This document shows positions 36,336 to 45,260 of a stretch of 55,610 bases of DNA, one piece after another; position 1 is the stretch's first letter, and each line of letters opens with the position of its first letter. A program made the translations under genes and the position numbers. Under the pieces are notes generated by a model, which was not told the DNA's origin, ran no database searches, and saw only the letters and a list, made by a program, of their open reading frames with translations. Origin of the DNA: a virus (taxonomy: Duplodnaviria; Caudoviricetes); the IMG/VR virus record IMGVR_UViG_3300043429_001367, positions 1-55,610 of that record. One strand, given 5' to 3'.

Positions 36336-36362
36336 TAAAGTTTTTCCTGGATCTTCCGATTA
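36336..36362 (+). promoter_or_regulatory. sigma28-like promoter (P6)
   Basis: TAAA-N15-TCCGATTA with extended TAAAGTTT; TTTGGTGTGACT leader. Confidence 0.7.
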
Positions 36363-36407
36363 GATTCCCAGTGTCTGGTTTGGTGTGACTAAATGGGAGT
36401 CTTTCAA

Positions 36408-36608
36408 ATGAAAAGCATTTGCATGTTCTGTGGCAGAAATCATAAGGCAAAACGTCCGCTTGCATGTGAAATCAAAGGAGCCGCATCAGGTGCTTTGATG
36501 GACAGTATCGAACCAGGAACGGCTATGCTCATTCTCGACAAAAGTAAATTCCTGTCTGATCTTGAAAAACGAATGAAAAAAGTCATTCGTTCTCAAAAAA
36601 CAAAGTAA
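36408..36608 (+). CDS. hypothetical protein
   Basis: GGGAG SD; CMFC...H...C. Confidence 0.6.
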   Translation: MKSICMFCGRNHKAKRPLACEIKGAASGALMDSIEPGTAMLILDKSKFLSDLEKRMKKVIRSQKTK

Positions 36609-36670
36609 TCACTTTTTTGAAATCAAAGGACTGATTTCCATTCGACCATGAGGGCACCTGTGAGGGCTTT

Positions 36671-37135
36671 ATGGGACTGTGGAAAGAACAATATCAAATT
36701 GGTCGCAACATCTATTATGCGATCAACTGCAATCGCTGGAACCCGGAAGGACGGATTTTGAAGATGAATCCGACTCTGAAGGAAATTGATACGATGTTCC
36801 GAAAGTTCCGCAAAAGCCTCAAGAAGTTTCAGAGGGACCGGCTTTTAAAAAAGGATGGTCCGGTTTATATCCCAAACATCGACCGCTCCCATGACAGCTA
36901 TTGGCCTATCCCAATCCGAGGCGATAAGGCTTACCAATTCCGTCTTTCTGACATCGTTTATGCCAAATGGGTGATGAAAAATCATCGGGAACTTTTCCTT
37001 AAGCTTCTCGACTGGAACAACCTCGATTACTGCGTGAAGCTGCTCAGGAACAAAAAACTGAAATCACCAAAACTCACTGCACAGATAATTTTTGCTGTCT
37101 GGCAATTTCAATCAGAGAATTTCACTCCGACTTGA
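36671..37135 (+). CDS. hypothetical protein
   Basis: GAGG SD, 154 aa basic. Confidence 0.65.
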   Translation: MGLWKEQYQIGRNIYYAINCNRWNPEGRILKMNPTLKEIDTMFRKFRKSLKKFQRDRLLKKDGPVYIPNIDRSHDSYWPIPIRGDKAYQFRLSDIVYAKWVMKNHRELFLKLLDWNNLDYCVKLLRNKKLKSPKLTAQIIFAVWQFQSENFTPT

Positions 37136-37169
37136 GTTATAACATGCCAGTAATGCTGAAAAGGATTCA

Positions 37170-37460
37170 GTGATGCGCATGTCAAAAGAGGAAATTCTGT
37201 TTTATCGGTCAACAGGCATTCCTGATGATCTTCAAGTCTACATGGCTAACATAGCGGGTTTGACTCAAAGCCTTGATTCCCAAACCGATGAAACCCGCAG
37301 GGCTGAGTTGAAACAGGAAATCATCAAATTACTGACTGACGCCAAAGACAGAGCCGATCACTATTACATGAAACGCATCAAGGACTTTGGCATTCACAAC
37401 ATGCGTCTCAGAAAACTTTCCGAGTCCTTTTCCGAACTCATCTTTCAATTCCGCACCTGA
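37170..37460 (+). CDS. hypothetical protein
   Basis: AAGGA SD, helical. Confidence 0.6.
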   Translation: MMRMSKEEILFYRSTGIPDDLQVYMANIAGLTQSLDSQTDETRRAELKQEIIKLLTDAKDRADHYYMKRIKDFGIHNMRLRKLSESFSELIFQFRT

Positions 37461-37572
37461 CTGCAGCCTTCCTTCCAAGTGAACTTGAATTCAGTTTTTG
37501 CTTTCGCTCCCCTTTGTCAAAAGGGCTATAATTTTAAATAGGCAAATTGTTGGGGAATCCTAACCGCACACA

Positions 37573-37598
37573 AAGCACATAACCTTGGTGCTTTTTTT
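37573..37598 (+). terminator. terminator-like hairpin upstream of the head operon
   Basis: AAAGCAC...GTGCTTT plus T run. Confidence 0.45.
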
Positions 37599-37633
37599 GC
37601 CTTTCAACCAGTCCACCAGCGGAAGGTATTAAA

Positions 37634-38875
37634 ATGCAGCACTTCAGAAAAGTCACGACTCTGGCAGAAGACTTTGCTGCCATGGGACTCGCGGAAAAAC
37701 GTTCCGATTATAGTTTCTTCCCAAGTGAAATTGCTGATCCCAAGGAAGTCACTGAGTCGGTTGAGGAAGGCTTGACTCTGCAGCGGACCAAGAAAATGAC
37801 TCCTGGCGAAAAAGCCAAAGCCAGACGTTACCGCACAAAAAACAAAGCCAAGCTTTCCCGGCAAAAAGCCATTCGTGACCGCAAGCCGCAAACTCAGGCT
37901 CGCAAAGCACGGCAATCAAAACTTAAAGGCGATCGGACTGCAGGTCCACGTCGCAGATTTGTATTGGCTCAGGATATGTCAAACATGAGGGAACAAATGA
38001 AGGCTTTGCAAGAGCTTAGAACACTCCATAGCGCCAACTCGAATAAGAAAATTGAGAACAAGCATCTCGTTGAAAGTCTTGAGCGCATTATTTCCAATGC
38101 TCAAATCCTCTGCCGTAAATATGCAGTGCTGGAAGAAATCAAGGCAGGTTCCCTGCGTGAATCAGTCAATGTTCCAGTCGAGTATCCTGGGCTGTCGGTT
38201 GACTGGGAAAATCCTGATGCTCCAAACATCAATCCAGCTGGCAAGGACATGGACGCCACGGATTATGCAAAGGACTCCAAACTCAAAGGCAACGTCAAAG
38301 CCGAAGACGACATGGACCCATCCGATAATCAGGAATGGTGGGTTGACGTTGATTCCGGTGAATCCGATTCGGGTGAATGCGACGACGATATGGAAGTCGA
38401 TGATTCCGATGATATGGAAGTCGATATGGGTGACGATATGTCGGGTGAAGATGAACTTGACGTATCCATGGATGACGAAATGGGTGACGACGATGAAATC
38501 GAACTCGATTTCTCGGTCGATGATGAAGAAGAAATGCCGATGGAGTCCAAGCGGGTGGACCTGTCTTACGAAATGGCAAAACTCCGCACCGAAGCTGAAG
38601 ATGTGCTGGCAAAAATGAAGACCAGTGTTCTTTCCCCAGCTGATGCTGCTTCGATTGTGAAAGACATGGTGATCTATCTCGGTGGAGCGATGAAAGCTTA
38701 TATCGACTTGGCCGCTCAGGTGTCCAGTCAGTATCAGCAAGGTCCCTATGCAGGTGAAGGTGAACTTCAGCAGGAACCAGCTGCTCCTGAAGACAACAAG
38801 AACGTAAACAAGTACGTTGGCCAGGAAGCACCACCTGAAGCCGGTCATTCCCCAGAAATCTACAAGCTGAAGTAA
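37634..38875 (+). CDS. putative prohead core protein (gp68/gp67-like)
   Basis: Arg/Lys-rich block then Asp/Glu-rich block; directly upstream of the protease as in T4. Confidence 0.55.
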   Translation: MQHFRKVTTLAEDFAAMGLAEKRSDYSFFPSEIADPKEVTESVEEGLTLQRTKKMTPGEKAKARRYRTKNKAKLSRQKAIRDRKPQTQARKARQSKLKGDRTAGPRRRFVLAQDMSNMREQMKALQELRTLHSANSNKKIENKHLVESLERIISNAQILCRKYAVLEEIKAGSLRESVNVPVEYPGLSVDWENPDAPNINPAGKDMDATDYAKDSKLKGNVKAEDDMDPSDNQEWWVDVDSGESDSGECDDDMEVDDSDDMEVDMGDDMSGEDELDVSMDDEMGDDDEIELDFSVDDEEEMPMESKRVDLSYEMAKLRTEAEDVLAKMKTSVLSPADAASIVKDMVIYLGGAMKAYIDLAAQVSSQYQQGPYAGEGELQQEPAAPEDNKNVNKYVGQEAPPEAGHSPEIYKLK

Positions 38876-38889
38876 GAAAGGGGATAACG

Positions 38890-40554
38890 GTGGGCAGACA
38901 ACTTTTAATTGATTCAGCTGGATTTAAACTGGATCAACTTCAAGAAGACCAGACAGGCGAATATATCTTTCGCGGTAAGTTCGCTCAGTCGGATTTGCCA
39001 ACCGCGAACAAACGAATTTATCCTCGTTCACTCTGGGAACGCGAAATCAATCGGCTCAAAACGAAAATCTCTGAAGGCAAGGTCTTTGGTGAACTTGATC
39101 ATCCCGAGGATGGAAAGACCAAACTGCAGCGTTCAGCGATTTTGATTCAATCCCTTGCCCTTGATAAACAGGGACAGGTGATTGGCAGCTTCAAGGTTTT
39201 GAATACCTCGATGGGACGCGAACTGAAAGCCATTGTCGAAGGTGGTGGTGCGGTTGGCGTTTCATCGCGTGGTTACGGTTCGGTTCGCATGAATGAAGAT
39301 GGTCACTCGGTTGTTCAGGATGATTTCACTCTTTTGACCTTCGATCCTGTTGCCGATCCGGCTGAAGAGACGGCTTATCCTGAACTGCAAAAGCCTGAAA
39401 CAGCTGAAGCTGAAGAAAAACCAGCCGATGAAGAACTATCCGAGCCGGAACAAACTGATGAGGTTTTTGCAGCTTGGCAGGAAGCAAGTCAGCAAAAATT
39501 TTCTCAGGATTCTGAAACTGTGACTGAGGAAATCAGTCGTAACAAACTTCAGGACGCTATCAAAAAAGCCAAATCAATTTACATCGAGTCCTCGCGTGAT
39601 ATGTCGCACAAGGACGCTCTTTCCCGAGCAGTCGAGGAAGGAATGAAGTTGATTGGAAAGCAATATGACGCAAAAGATTTTTCGATCCGTGTCGCCGCTG
39701 AGGTTATGACCGTATCGAAAAAGCCAACCATGGAAGATGTTGAAATGGGACAACAGGAAATTTTGAATCTCATTCGCTCAACCGTTCAGGAGTCGATGGA
39801 TCATCTTCTTGCTGAGAAGGAATCCGTGATTTCTGAGTCAAAGCAAAAGCTGACTGAGGAAGCAAGGAAAGTTGAAGCGCTCACAAAAGAACTTTCCGAG
39901 GCGAAGCAGAACATCGAAAAATTGAGTGATGTTGCGAAGGAACTCGGCTTTGGTCTTTATCTGCAGCAGCATCTTGGAAGACATCCAAAGCTGAAGCAAA
40001 TCAAGGAAAGCCTTGGTGATCTTTGTCTGATTGAATCGCTTGAAGATCTTCAGAACAAAATCAAAGTTCACATCTCTGAAGTCGCAAGGATCATGGAAGC
40101 CGAGGAAGCAAAATCCAAAAAGCTTGTCGAACAAACCGAAAAGCTTATGGAGGAAAAGAAACTGCTTCAGGCTCAAGTTCAGGACATTGCTGAAGAACGT
40201 GATGAAGCAATTTCGATCGGCATTGAAAACGCAGCTGCTCTTTATCTTGAAAGACGCATTCAAGGCAATCCCTATCAGACAGAGATTCGCAAGCGTTTTG
40301 CAGAGATGAAGGTTAAGACCAAGCAAACCGTTGAAGGTCTTTTGTCTGAATACAAAGGACGCAGAGTCAACGAATCAAGTGACTTTCACCGTGTTCGCCG
40401 TTCACTGTCTCACCGTCCCAAGGATGTAGAGCATGATAGTCTGGTTGAAAACCATGTGAAGGACACGCAGCCTGCAATTGTCGAGGAAACTCTGCAGTTG
40501 AATGGTGAAGTGTTCAACATGAACGAAATCAAACGTCTTGCTGGAATCAAATAA
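38890..40554 (+). CDS. prohead protease (gp21-like) fused to coiled-coil scaffold
   Basis: NKRIYP, FGELDHP, GVSSRGYGS, FDPVADPA; about 390-aa helical tail. Confidence 0.9.
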   Translation: MGRQLLIDSAGFKLDQLQEDQTGEYIFRGKFAQSDLPTANKRIYPRSLWEREINRLKTKISEGKVFGELDHPEDGKTKLQRSAILIQSLALDKQGQVIGSFKVLNTSMGRELKAIVEGGGAVGVSSRGYGSVRMNEDGHSVVQDDFTLLTFDPVADPAEETAYPELQKPETAEAEEKPADEELSEPEQTDEVFAAWQEASQQKFSQDSETVTEEISRNKLQDAIKKAKSIYIESSRDMSHKDALSRAVEEGMKLIGKQYDAKDFSIRVAAEVMTVSKKPTMEDVEMGQQEILNLIRSTVQESMDHLLAEKESVISESKQKLTEEARKVEALTKELSEAKQNIEKLSDVAKELGFGLYLQQHLGRHPKLKQIKESLGDLCLIESLEDLQNKIKVHISEVARIMEAEEAKSKKLVEQTEKLMEEKKLLQAQVQDIAEERDEAISIGIENAAALYLERRIQGNPYQTEIRKRFAEMKVKTKQTVEGLLSEYKGRRVNESSDFHRVRRSLSHRPKDVEHDSLVENHVKDTQPAIVEETLQLNGEVFNMNEIKRLAGIK

Positions 40555-40575
40555 TAAGCATCATGGAGGATACCG

Positions 40576-42018
40576 ATGCAAGCCAAGAATTTTATGCGTC
40601 AAAATCGTTCGATCAAGGATGAAGGCTACGTTCAGGCACTTGTGCGCAAGTGGAGTCCCTTGCTGGAAGGCATCAACGTTGAGCATACGCGCAACGTTAT
40701 GGCTGTTCTCTATGAGAACCAAAGCCAGCATCTTCAGTCCATGACTGAAGAAACACGTTCGACCAACGTGGGCTCGTTTTTGAAATTTGTGTTTCCCGTT
40801 CTTCGCCGGGTTTGGCCTTCTCTCATCGCCAATGAGATTGTGTCGATCCAGCCAATGACCGCACCAATCGGCGGTATCTTTTACTATGACCTGAAGTACG
40901 GCACCACAAAGGGCACCGTGACTGCTGGCCAGACTCTGATCAAGGATTTCAATCGCTACTATTCGAGCGAAAAAATTGATGCAGAAATCATTGGCACTGG
41001 TGCGGGCACCAGCTTTGCATCGACGCTGGACTTTACTCCTGTTCGCGTTTCGACCGTTATCGTCAAGGGCTACAAAGGCACCGATGGCAGCCTTGTATCC
41101 GGCGCTGACAACGGCTCGGGCACAATCACAGGAACAGGCGTTTCCGGTATCGTTGATTACGATACTGGCTCCATCTCGGTTGACTTCACAACTTCCGTAA
41201 GTGCAGGAACTGATGTAACTGTCACCTACGAATACAATAGTGAGTGCAACAGCAACATCGCTCAAATCAACATCGACATCCAGCTGCTGGAAATCCGCGC
41301 GACCACTCGCAAGCTGAAAGCAAAGTGGTGTTCGGAAGCTGCTGACGACTTGAAAGCTTTCCATGGCATTGATGCTGAAGCTGAAATCGTTGCTGGTATC
41401 GCTGCTGAAATCGCTTTGGAACTCGACCGTGAAATCATCGAGGATCTTCGTGTTGGTGCGACTGGCTACAACGGAAGCTTTGCAGCTTCTCCTGTTCCGA
41501 ACTACCACACTCAGGTTGATCATTATCGCAACATCCTGACCGAAATCACCAAGATGAGTAACCGCATCCACAAGAATTCTTTGCGTGGTCCTGCGAACTT
41601 CCTTGTGACTTCGCCTGATGTGTCTGCGATCATCGAGCAGCTGGAAACTCATGGTGACTTCCGTCCCATCTATGCTCCTGCAAACAGCGACACACGCGCA
41701 CCTGCAGAGCAGCCACACACCTTCGGTGTTCAGAAGATTGGTACTCTTTCCAGCAAGTATATCTGCTACAAAGATCCATTCTTCCCAGTTTCCTCGAACG
41801 TTGGTTCGGGAAGTGGTTCCGGTCAAATCCTCGGTGGTTACAAAGGTTCGACCTTCATTGATGCAGGTTATGTGTGGGCTCCATACATTCCTCTGCAATC
41901 GACTGCGACCTTCCTTAACCCTGAAGACTTCGCATTCACCAAAGGCTTGCGCACACGGTATTCTAAAAAAATGGTTCGCTCGGAGTTCTATGGAACCATC
42001 ACTGTTACTGGCCTTTAA
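40576..42018 (+). CDS. major capsid protein (T4 gp23-like)
   Basis: KWSPLLEG, VSIQPMTAPIGGIF, RKLKAKW, EIALELDREII, DAGYVWAPYIPL, GLRTRY. Confidence 0.95.
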   Translation: MQAKNFMRQNRSIKDEGYVQALVRKWSPLLEGINVEHTRNVMAVLYENQSQHLQSMTEETRSTNVGSFLKFVFPVLRRVWPSLIANEIVSIQPMTAPIGGIFYYDLKYGTTKGTVTAGQTLIKDFNRYYSSEKIDAEIIGTGAGTSFASTLDFTPVRVSTVIVKGYKGTDGSLVSGADNGSGTITGTGVSGIVDYDTGSISVDFTTSVSAGTDVTVTYEYNSECNSNIAQINIDIQLLEIRATTRKLKAKWCSEAADDLKAFHGIDAEAEIVAGIAAEIALELDREIIEDLRVGATGYNGSFAASPVPNYHTQVDHYRNILTEITKMSNRIHKNSLRGPANFLVTSPDVSAIIEQLETHGDFRPIYAPANSDTRAPAEQPHTFGVQKIGTLSSKYICYKDPFFPVSSNVGSGSGSGQILGGYKGSTFIDAGYVWAPYIPLQSTATFLNPEDFAFTKGLRTRYSKKMVRSEFYGTITVTGL

Positions 42019-42039
42019 TTCCCTATAGAGGGAAAAGCA

Positions 42040-42071
42040 GCCGGGAGCTAAACACTCCCGGCATTTTTTTT
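42040..42071 (+). terminator. intrinsic terminator after the capsid gene
   Basis: GCCGGGAG-7-CTCCCGGC then A and T run. Confidence 0.85.
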
Positions 42072-42179
42072 GTGTGCTTCCATAAGCTTTGATCAAAAAA
42101 TCGGGCAAACTTCAATCCCCAGCCTATTTCTGATATCCTTTCCCCATGTTGCTTTTCTGAGGCTTCTGTTTGCTAATCT

Positions 42180-43040
42180 GTGTTTTTTGGTCCTGGAATG
42201 CTTTTCGGTGTTTCGGGACTGATTGCCTGGGGTGCGGTTATGTTAAGTTCCATCATCAAGAGAATCCAAAAGACAGTCAGCACAGATAAACCCATAGAGG
42301 GTGATGCTCTCGATGAACTTGTCGCAGAGAATTTGAAGGAAGAAGAAAAACCAAAAGTGAATTCAAATTCAGTCGTGCCAGCACCTTCAGCCGAGCCGCC
42401 AAAAGAAGAACTCAAACTTGAGCCGGTTCTTCCCCCACAAAAACCAGCTGAAAAACCAAAGACAGAAAAGCCAAAAGCGCCGGAAGCTGTTGTGAAGGTT
42501 ATTCCTTCGGAACTTTTGAAGGAATTTTTTATAGCTGAGTCAAAAAAGTGGATTGGTGTAAAAGAGACAGCGACCAACAAGGGACCTGAAGTCGAGAGGT
42601 TTCAGAAGGCTGTGGATGGAAAGGCATCGGGTGAACCCTGGTGCCTTGCATTTGTGTGGTTCTGCATTCTTGAAGCTGAGAAAATGTATCTCAAAAGGTT
42701 TGGCTCTGAAACGGAGAAAAGCTGGCTTTACCGCACCGAGCATTGTTTGACGATGTGGAATCTCAGTCCGAAGGAAGCAAGACTGACAAAACCAAAGCCT
42801 GGATGCATTGTGGTCTGGCAGCACATGGCCAAGGATGGAACGCCAACCGCAAAAGGTCATGTCGGGATTGTAGTGAAGGTTTTGGATGGAACCTTCATGC
42901 AGACTGTTGAAGGCAATACAAGCAATGATGCCGTTGTCCAGGATGAAGGTGACGGTGTTTATCTACTCAAACGAAACTACGTTTCATCATCAGGCAGTAA
43001 AAAGCTTGTCGGATTTTTGAAACCCTGGAAGGAGTTTTAG
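42180..43040 (+). CDS. CHAP-domain amidase/endolysin (start uncertain: 42180, 42198 or 42240)
   Basis: PWCLAFV, GHVGIV, TVEGNT; Pro/Lys/Glu linker. Confidence 0.85.
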   Translation: MFFGPGMLFGVSGLIAWGAVMLSSIIKRIQKTVSTDKPIEGDALDELVAENLKEEEKPKVNSNSVVPAPSAEPPKEELKLEPVLPPQKPAEKPKTEKPKAPEAVVKVIPSELLKEFFIAESKKWIGVKETATNKGPEVERFQKAVDGKASGEPWCLAFVWFCILEAEKMYLKRFGSETEKSWLYRTEHCLTMWNLSPKEARLTKPKPGCIVVWQHMAKDGTPTAKGHVGIVVKVLDGTFMQTVEGNTSNDAVVQDEGDGVYLLKRNYVSSSGSKKLVGFLKPWKEF

Positions 43041-43041
43041 A

Positions 43042-43581
43042 ATGGATTTTTTGAAGGAACTGCGTGCAGCTGGTTTGATTTCCAAGAAACTTTCTGAGCG
43101 TGTCGTCTATGGCACCGAGGAAGGACCAGCGCCGATCAATCCCAATATGCCTCAGAGCGACATCAATATTTCCGGTCACTCGACAGCTGACAAGCCATTG
43201 GAGCAGGAGCAGCCAAAAGCTGAACCCGCACCGGCAGAGCCAGCCGCAAAAGGTCAAAAGGAATATCTTATCAACTCGGCCATGGCTTCCATGAAGGCTG
43301 TTGAGGCTTGTCTTGAGGCGATGTGTGAGGGCAAGTGCTGGGAGAATCTTTCCCTTCAGCCCGATGCTGCGACAGGCATGAGCGAGATGCTGAAGACTAT
43401 GAAAGAGTGGTCGGCTAAAATGGAAAGCTGGAAGGAATCAGCGGTGGTGGTTCCTGCGACAACCGAGCCGCCTTTGGTTCAGAATCAAACACTTTCGCAG
43501 CCTGCAGCTGCTCCCCAGTCCCCAGCCGCTCCTGCTGCTCCTGTGGCACCGGCTGTGACGACAGGACCAGTCGCAGCCTGA
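43042..43581 (+). CDS. hypothetical protein, probably virion
   Basis: AAGGAG SD; LSE motif; Pro/Ala-rich. Confidence 0.65.
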   Translation: MDFLKELRAAGLISKKLSERVVYGTEEGPAPINPNMPQSDINISGHSTADKPLEQEQPKAEPAPAEPAAKGQKEYLINSAMASMKAVEACLEAMCEGKCWENLSLQPDAATGMSEMLKTMKEWSAKMESWKESAVVVPATTEPPLVQNQTLSQPAAAPQSPAAPAAPVAPAVTTGPVAA

Positions 43582-43594
43582 AGAGGGGGAGGAC

Positions 43595-44344
43595 ATGAAC
43601 GAATCTGAAATGAAACAGCAGATACTGGCAAATCTTGGTGAGCCGACCATCAAGGTTGAAATTGATCCAGGCCAATGGTGCGCCTTTTTTCAAAACACGC
43701 TTCGCTGGTTCAAGGCAAAAAAAGGTCTTGTGGGCTGTGAAGTCATAAGGCTGATACCAGGACAGGTGCAATACGATTTGCCAGCCGGTGCAAATACTGT
43801 GGTTGATATCCATCTGCCATTGGGCTTTGGTGATGTTCAGGCTCTTTTCAGTCAAGGCATATTGGATACGAACTATATTCCTGCTGATTTCTATGGAATC
43901 AATGGCGGGAGCTATTCCCGTTATGGATTCACAGTCAGTAACTCAGCTTACGTTCAGGTCCTTCAGTATCTTGAGACTACGAGGCGGGTGATTTCAGCCG
44001 AGCCGACCTGGGAAGTCATGTGCGGTAAAATATATGTGACTAATGGTTGGTGCGGTGTATATGGTCCGAATGGTCAATATATGCTTGTCACATATAAAAA
44101 GGAAGATGTGAAGATTGAGGATATCACCGATCATCGTGACGTTGATCTTGTGTTTCGCTATACGGAAGCAAAAGTCAAAATGGTTTTGGGACGCATTCGT
44201 TCAAAATACAAATCCTATCCTGCTGCAGGTGGAATGATTGATACGGATGGTCCCGAACTTCTCGAAGAAGCCAAGGCTGAAATTGAAAAGCTGGAAGAGG
44301 AAATTTCCGACTCTCAATTTCCCATGGGACTTATGGTTGGCTGA
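43595..44344 (+). CDS. neck/head-tail adaptor (T4 gp13-like)
   Basis: ILANLGEPTIKVEIDPGQW; LGRIRSKY...GGMIDTDGPELLEEA. Confidence 0.8.
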   Translation: MNESEMKQQILANLGEPTIKVEIDPGQWCAFFQNTLRWFKAKKGLVGCEVIRLIPGQVQYDLPAGANTVVDIHLPLGFGDVQALFSQGILDTNYIPADFYGINGGSYSRYGFTVSNSAYVQVLQYLETTRRVISAEPTWEVMCGKIYVTNGWCGVYGPNGQYMLVTYKKEDVKIEDITDHRDVDLVFRYTEAKVKMVLGRIRSKYKSYPAAGGMIDTDGPELLEEAKAEIEKLEEEISDSQFPMGLMVG

Positions 44345-44345
44345 T

Positions 44346-44498
44346 GTGAAAAAGGTTCGCACTAAAACATTCTCCCGATTGGTCGCAAGCTTTGCAGTCA
44401 TAATTTTTTTCTTTATTTTGAGCGGTTTCGGGACCATGTTTTTTCTTTTCATGGTTTATGAGTTGTTCACAATAAGAGAAACACTCTTTGGCTTTTGA
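44346..44498 (+). CDS. small single-TM protein
   Basis: Basic N-terminus and long hydrophobic helix; fills the gap between genes. Confidence 0.4.
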   Translation: MKKVRTKTFSRLVASFAVIIFFFILSGFGTMFFLFMVYELFTIRETLFGF

Positions 44499-44527
44499 CG
44501 TTTCGGAGTAGCTAGGAATTATGGCAC

Positions 44528-45241
44528 ATGGCTTATGAAATAAAAGGCGATGAGTATGTCAGAGGGCATTTGCGTTCTCGCAGTTTTAGTCTTGAATCTC
44601 TCACGATAACCACAGTCGCAAATGGTGTCTTCAGTCTTACTGCTTCATCACCTTCAAATGTATTTTTCATAGGATCGGCGCAAAACCAGTATCTCAATTT
44701 AGGTGACGCGACTACATACGAGCAAGGTCACTACTACAACTTCATGAATGATTCCTCTGAAGTTGTTTTTATCAGGGATTTTGGTCTTAACGTTCTTGCC
44801 GAACTTTTGCCTAATGCTGGTGTGACGCTTCAGCTTGAGGATAGATCAAACGCCAATGGTTTGTGGTTTATTCCGCAAACGGAACTTTCAAAGATCCTTG
44901 TTGATCTTACAAATATCCAGGGAATAGCAGGCAGCAATGCTCAGGATTTTTTGGAAAATTTTCTAAGTCTTAACGGTATTCCGGTTATAGGTGAAATCCC
45001 AGGTGGTTCAAGGAATTGCGTGAATTTGGCTTTTACGACTTCGTTTGAGTTTATTCCGGGGAGCCTTCAGGTATTTCTTGGTGGATTGAGATTGGAGCCA
45101 GGACTTGATTATACTGAGAGTGTAAACAATCAGGGATTTACCATTCTCATAAACGCCTCGGATCGTAATCGACTGAACAAGGCTCCTTTGGGTTCAGAGA
45201 GTTTTTTGGTCAACTATAGTCGCAGGGTTATTTATCCTTAA
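44528..45241 (+). CDS. virion structural protein
   Basis: Beta-rich; C-terminal GSLQVFLGGLRL..G.DYTE module. Confidence 0.7.
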   Translation: MAYEIKGDEYVRGHLRSRSFSLESLTITTVANGVFSLTASSPSNVFFIGSAQNQYLNLGDATTYEQGHYYNFMNDSSEVVFIRDFGLNVLAELLPNAGVTLQLEDRSNANGLWFIPQTELSKILVDLTNIQGIAGSNAQDFLENFLSLNGIPVIGEIPGGSRNCVNLAFTTSFEFIPGSLQVFLGGLRLEPGLDYTESVNNQGFTILINASDRNRLNKAPLGSESFLVNYSRRVIYP

Positions 45242-45260
45242 AAATTTCATGAGGCCATAA

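Noticed and set aside
38052-38848. Several 180-230-aa alternative-frame ORFs inside 37634-38875
   Set aside because: Shadows of a low-complexity acidic region with no motifs.
40561-42108. 515-aa antisense ORF over the capsid gene
   Set aside because: It is in exact codon register with the capsid gene, so it stays open simply because that gene avoids TTA/CTA/TCA. It shows no protein motifs, unlike the intein-nested HNH.
42180-42260. Signal-anchor-release endolysin
   Set aside because: The hydrophobic N-terminus exists only if an upstream start is used; ATG 42240 is equally plausible.
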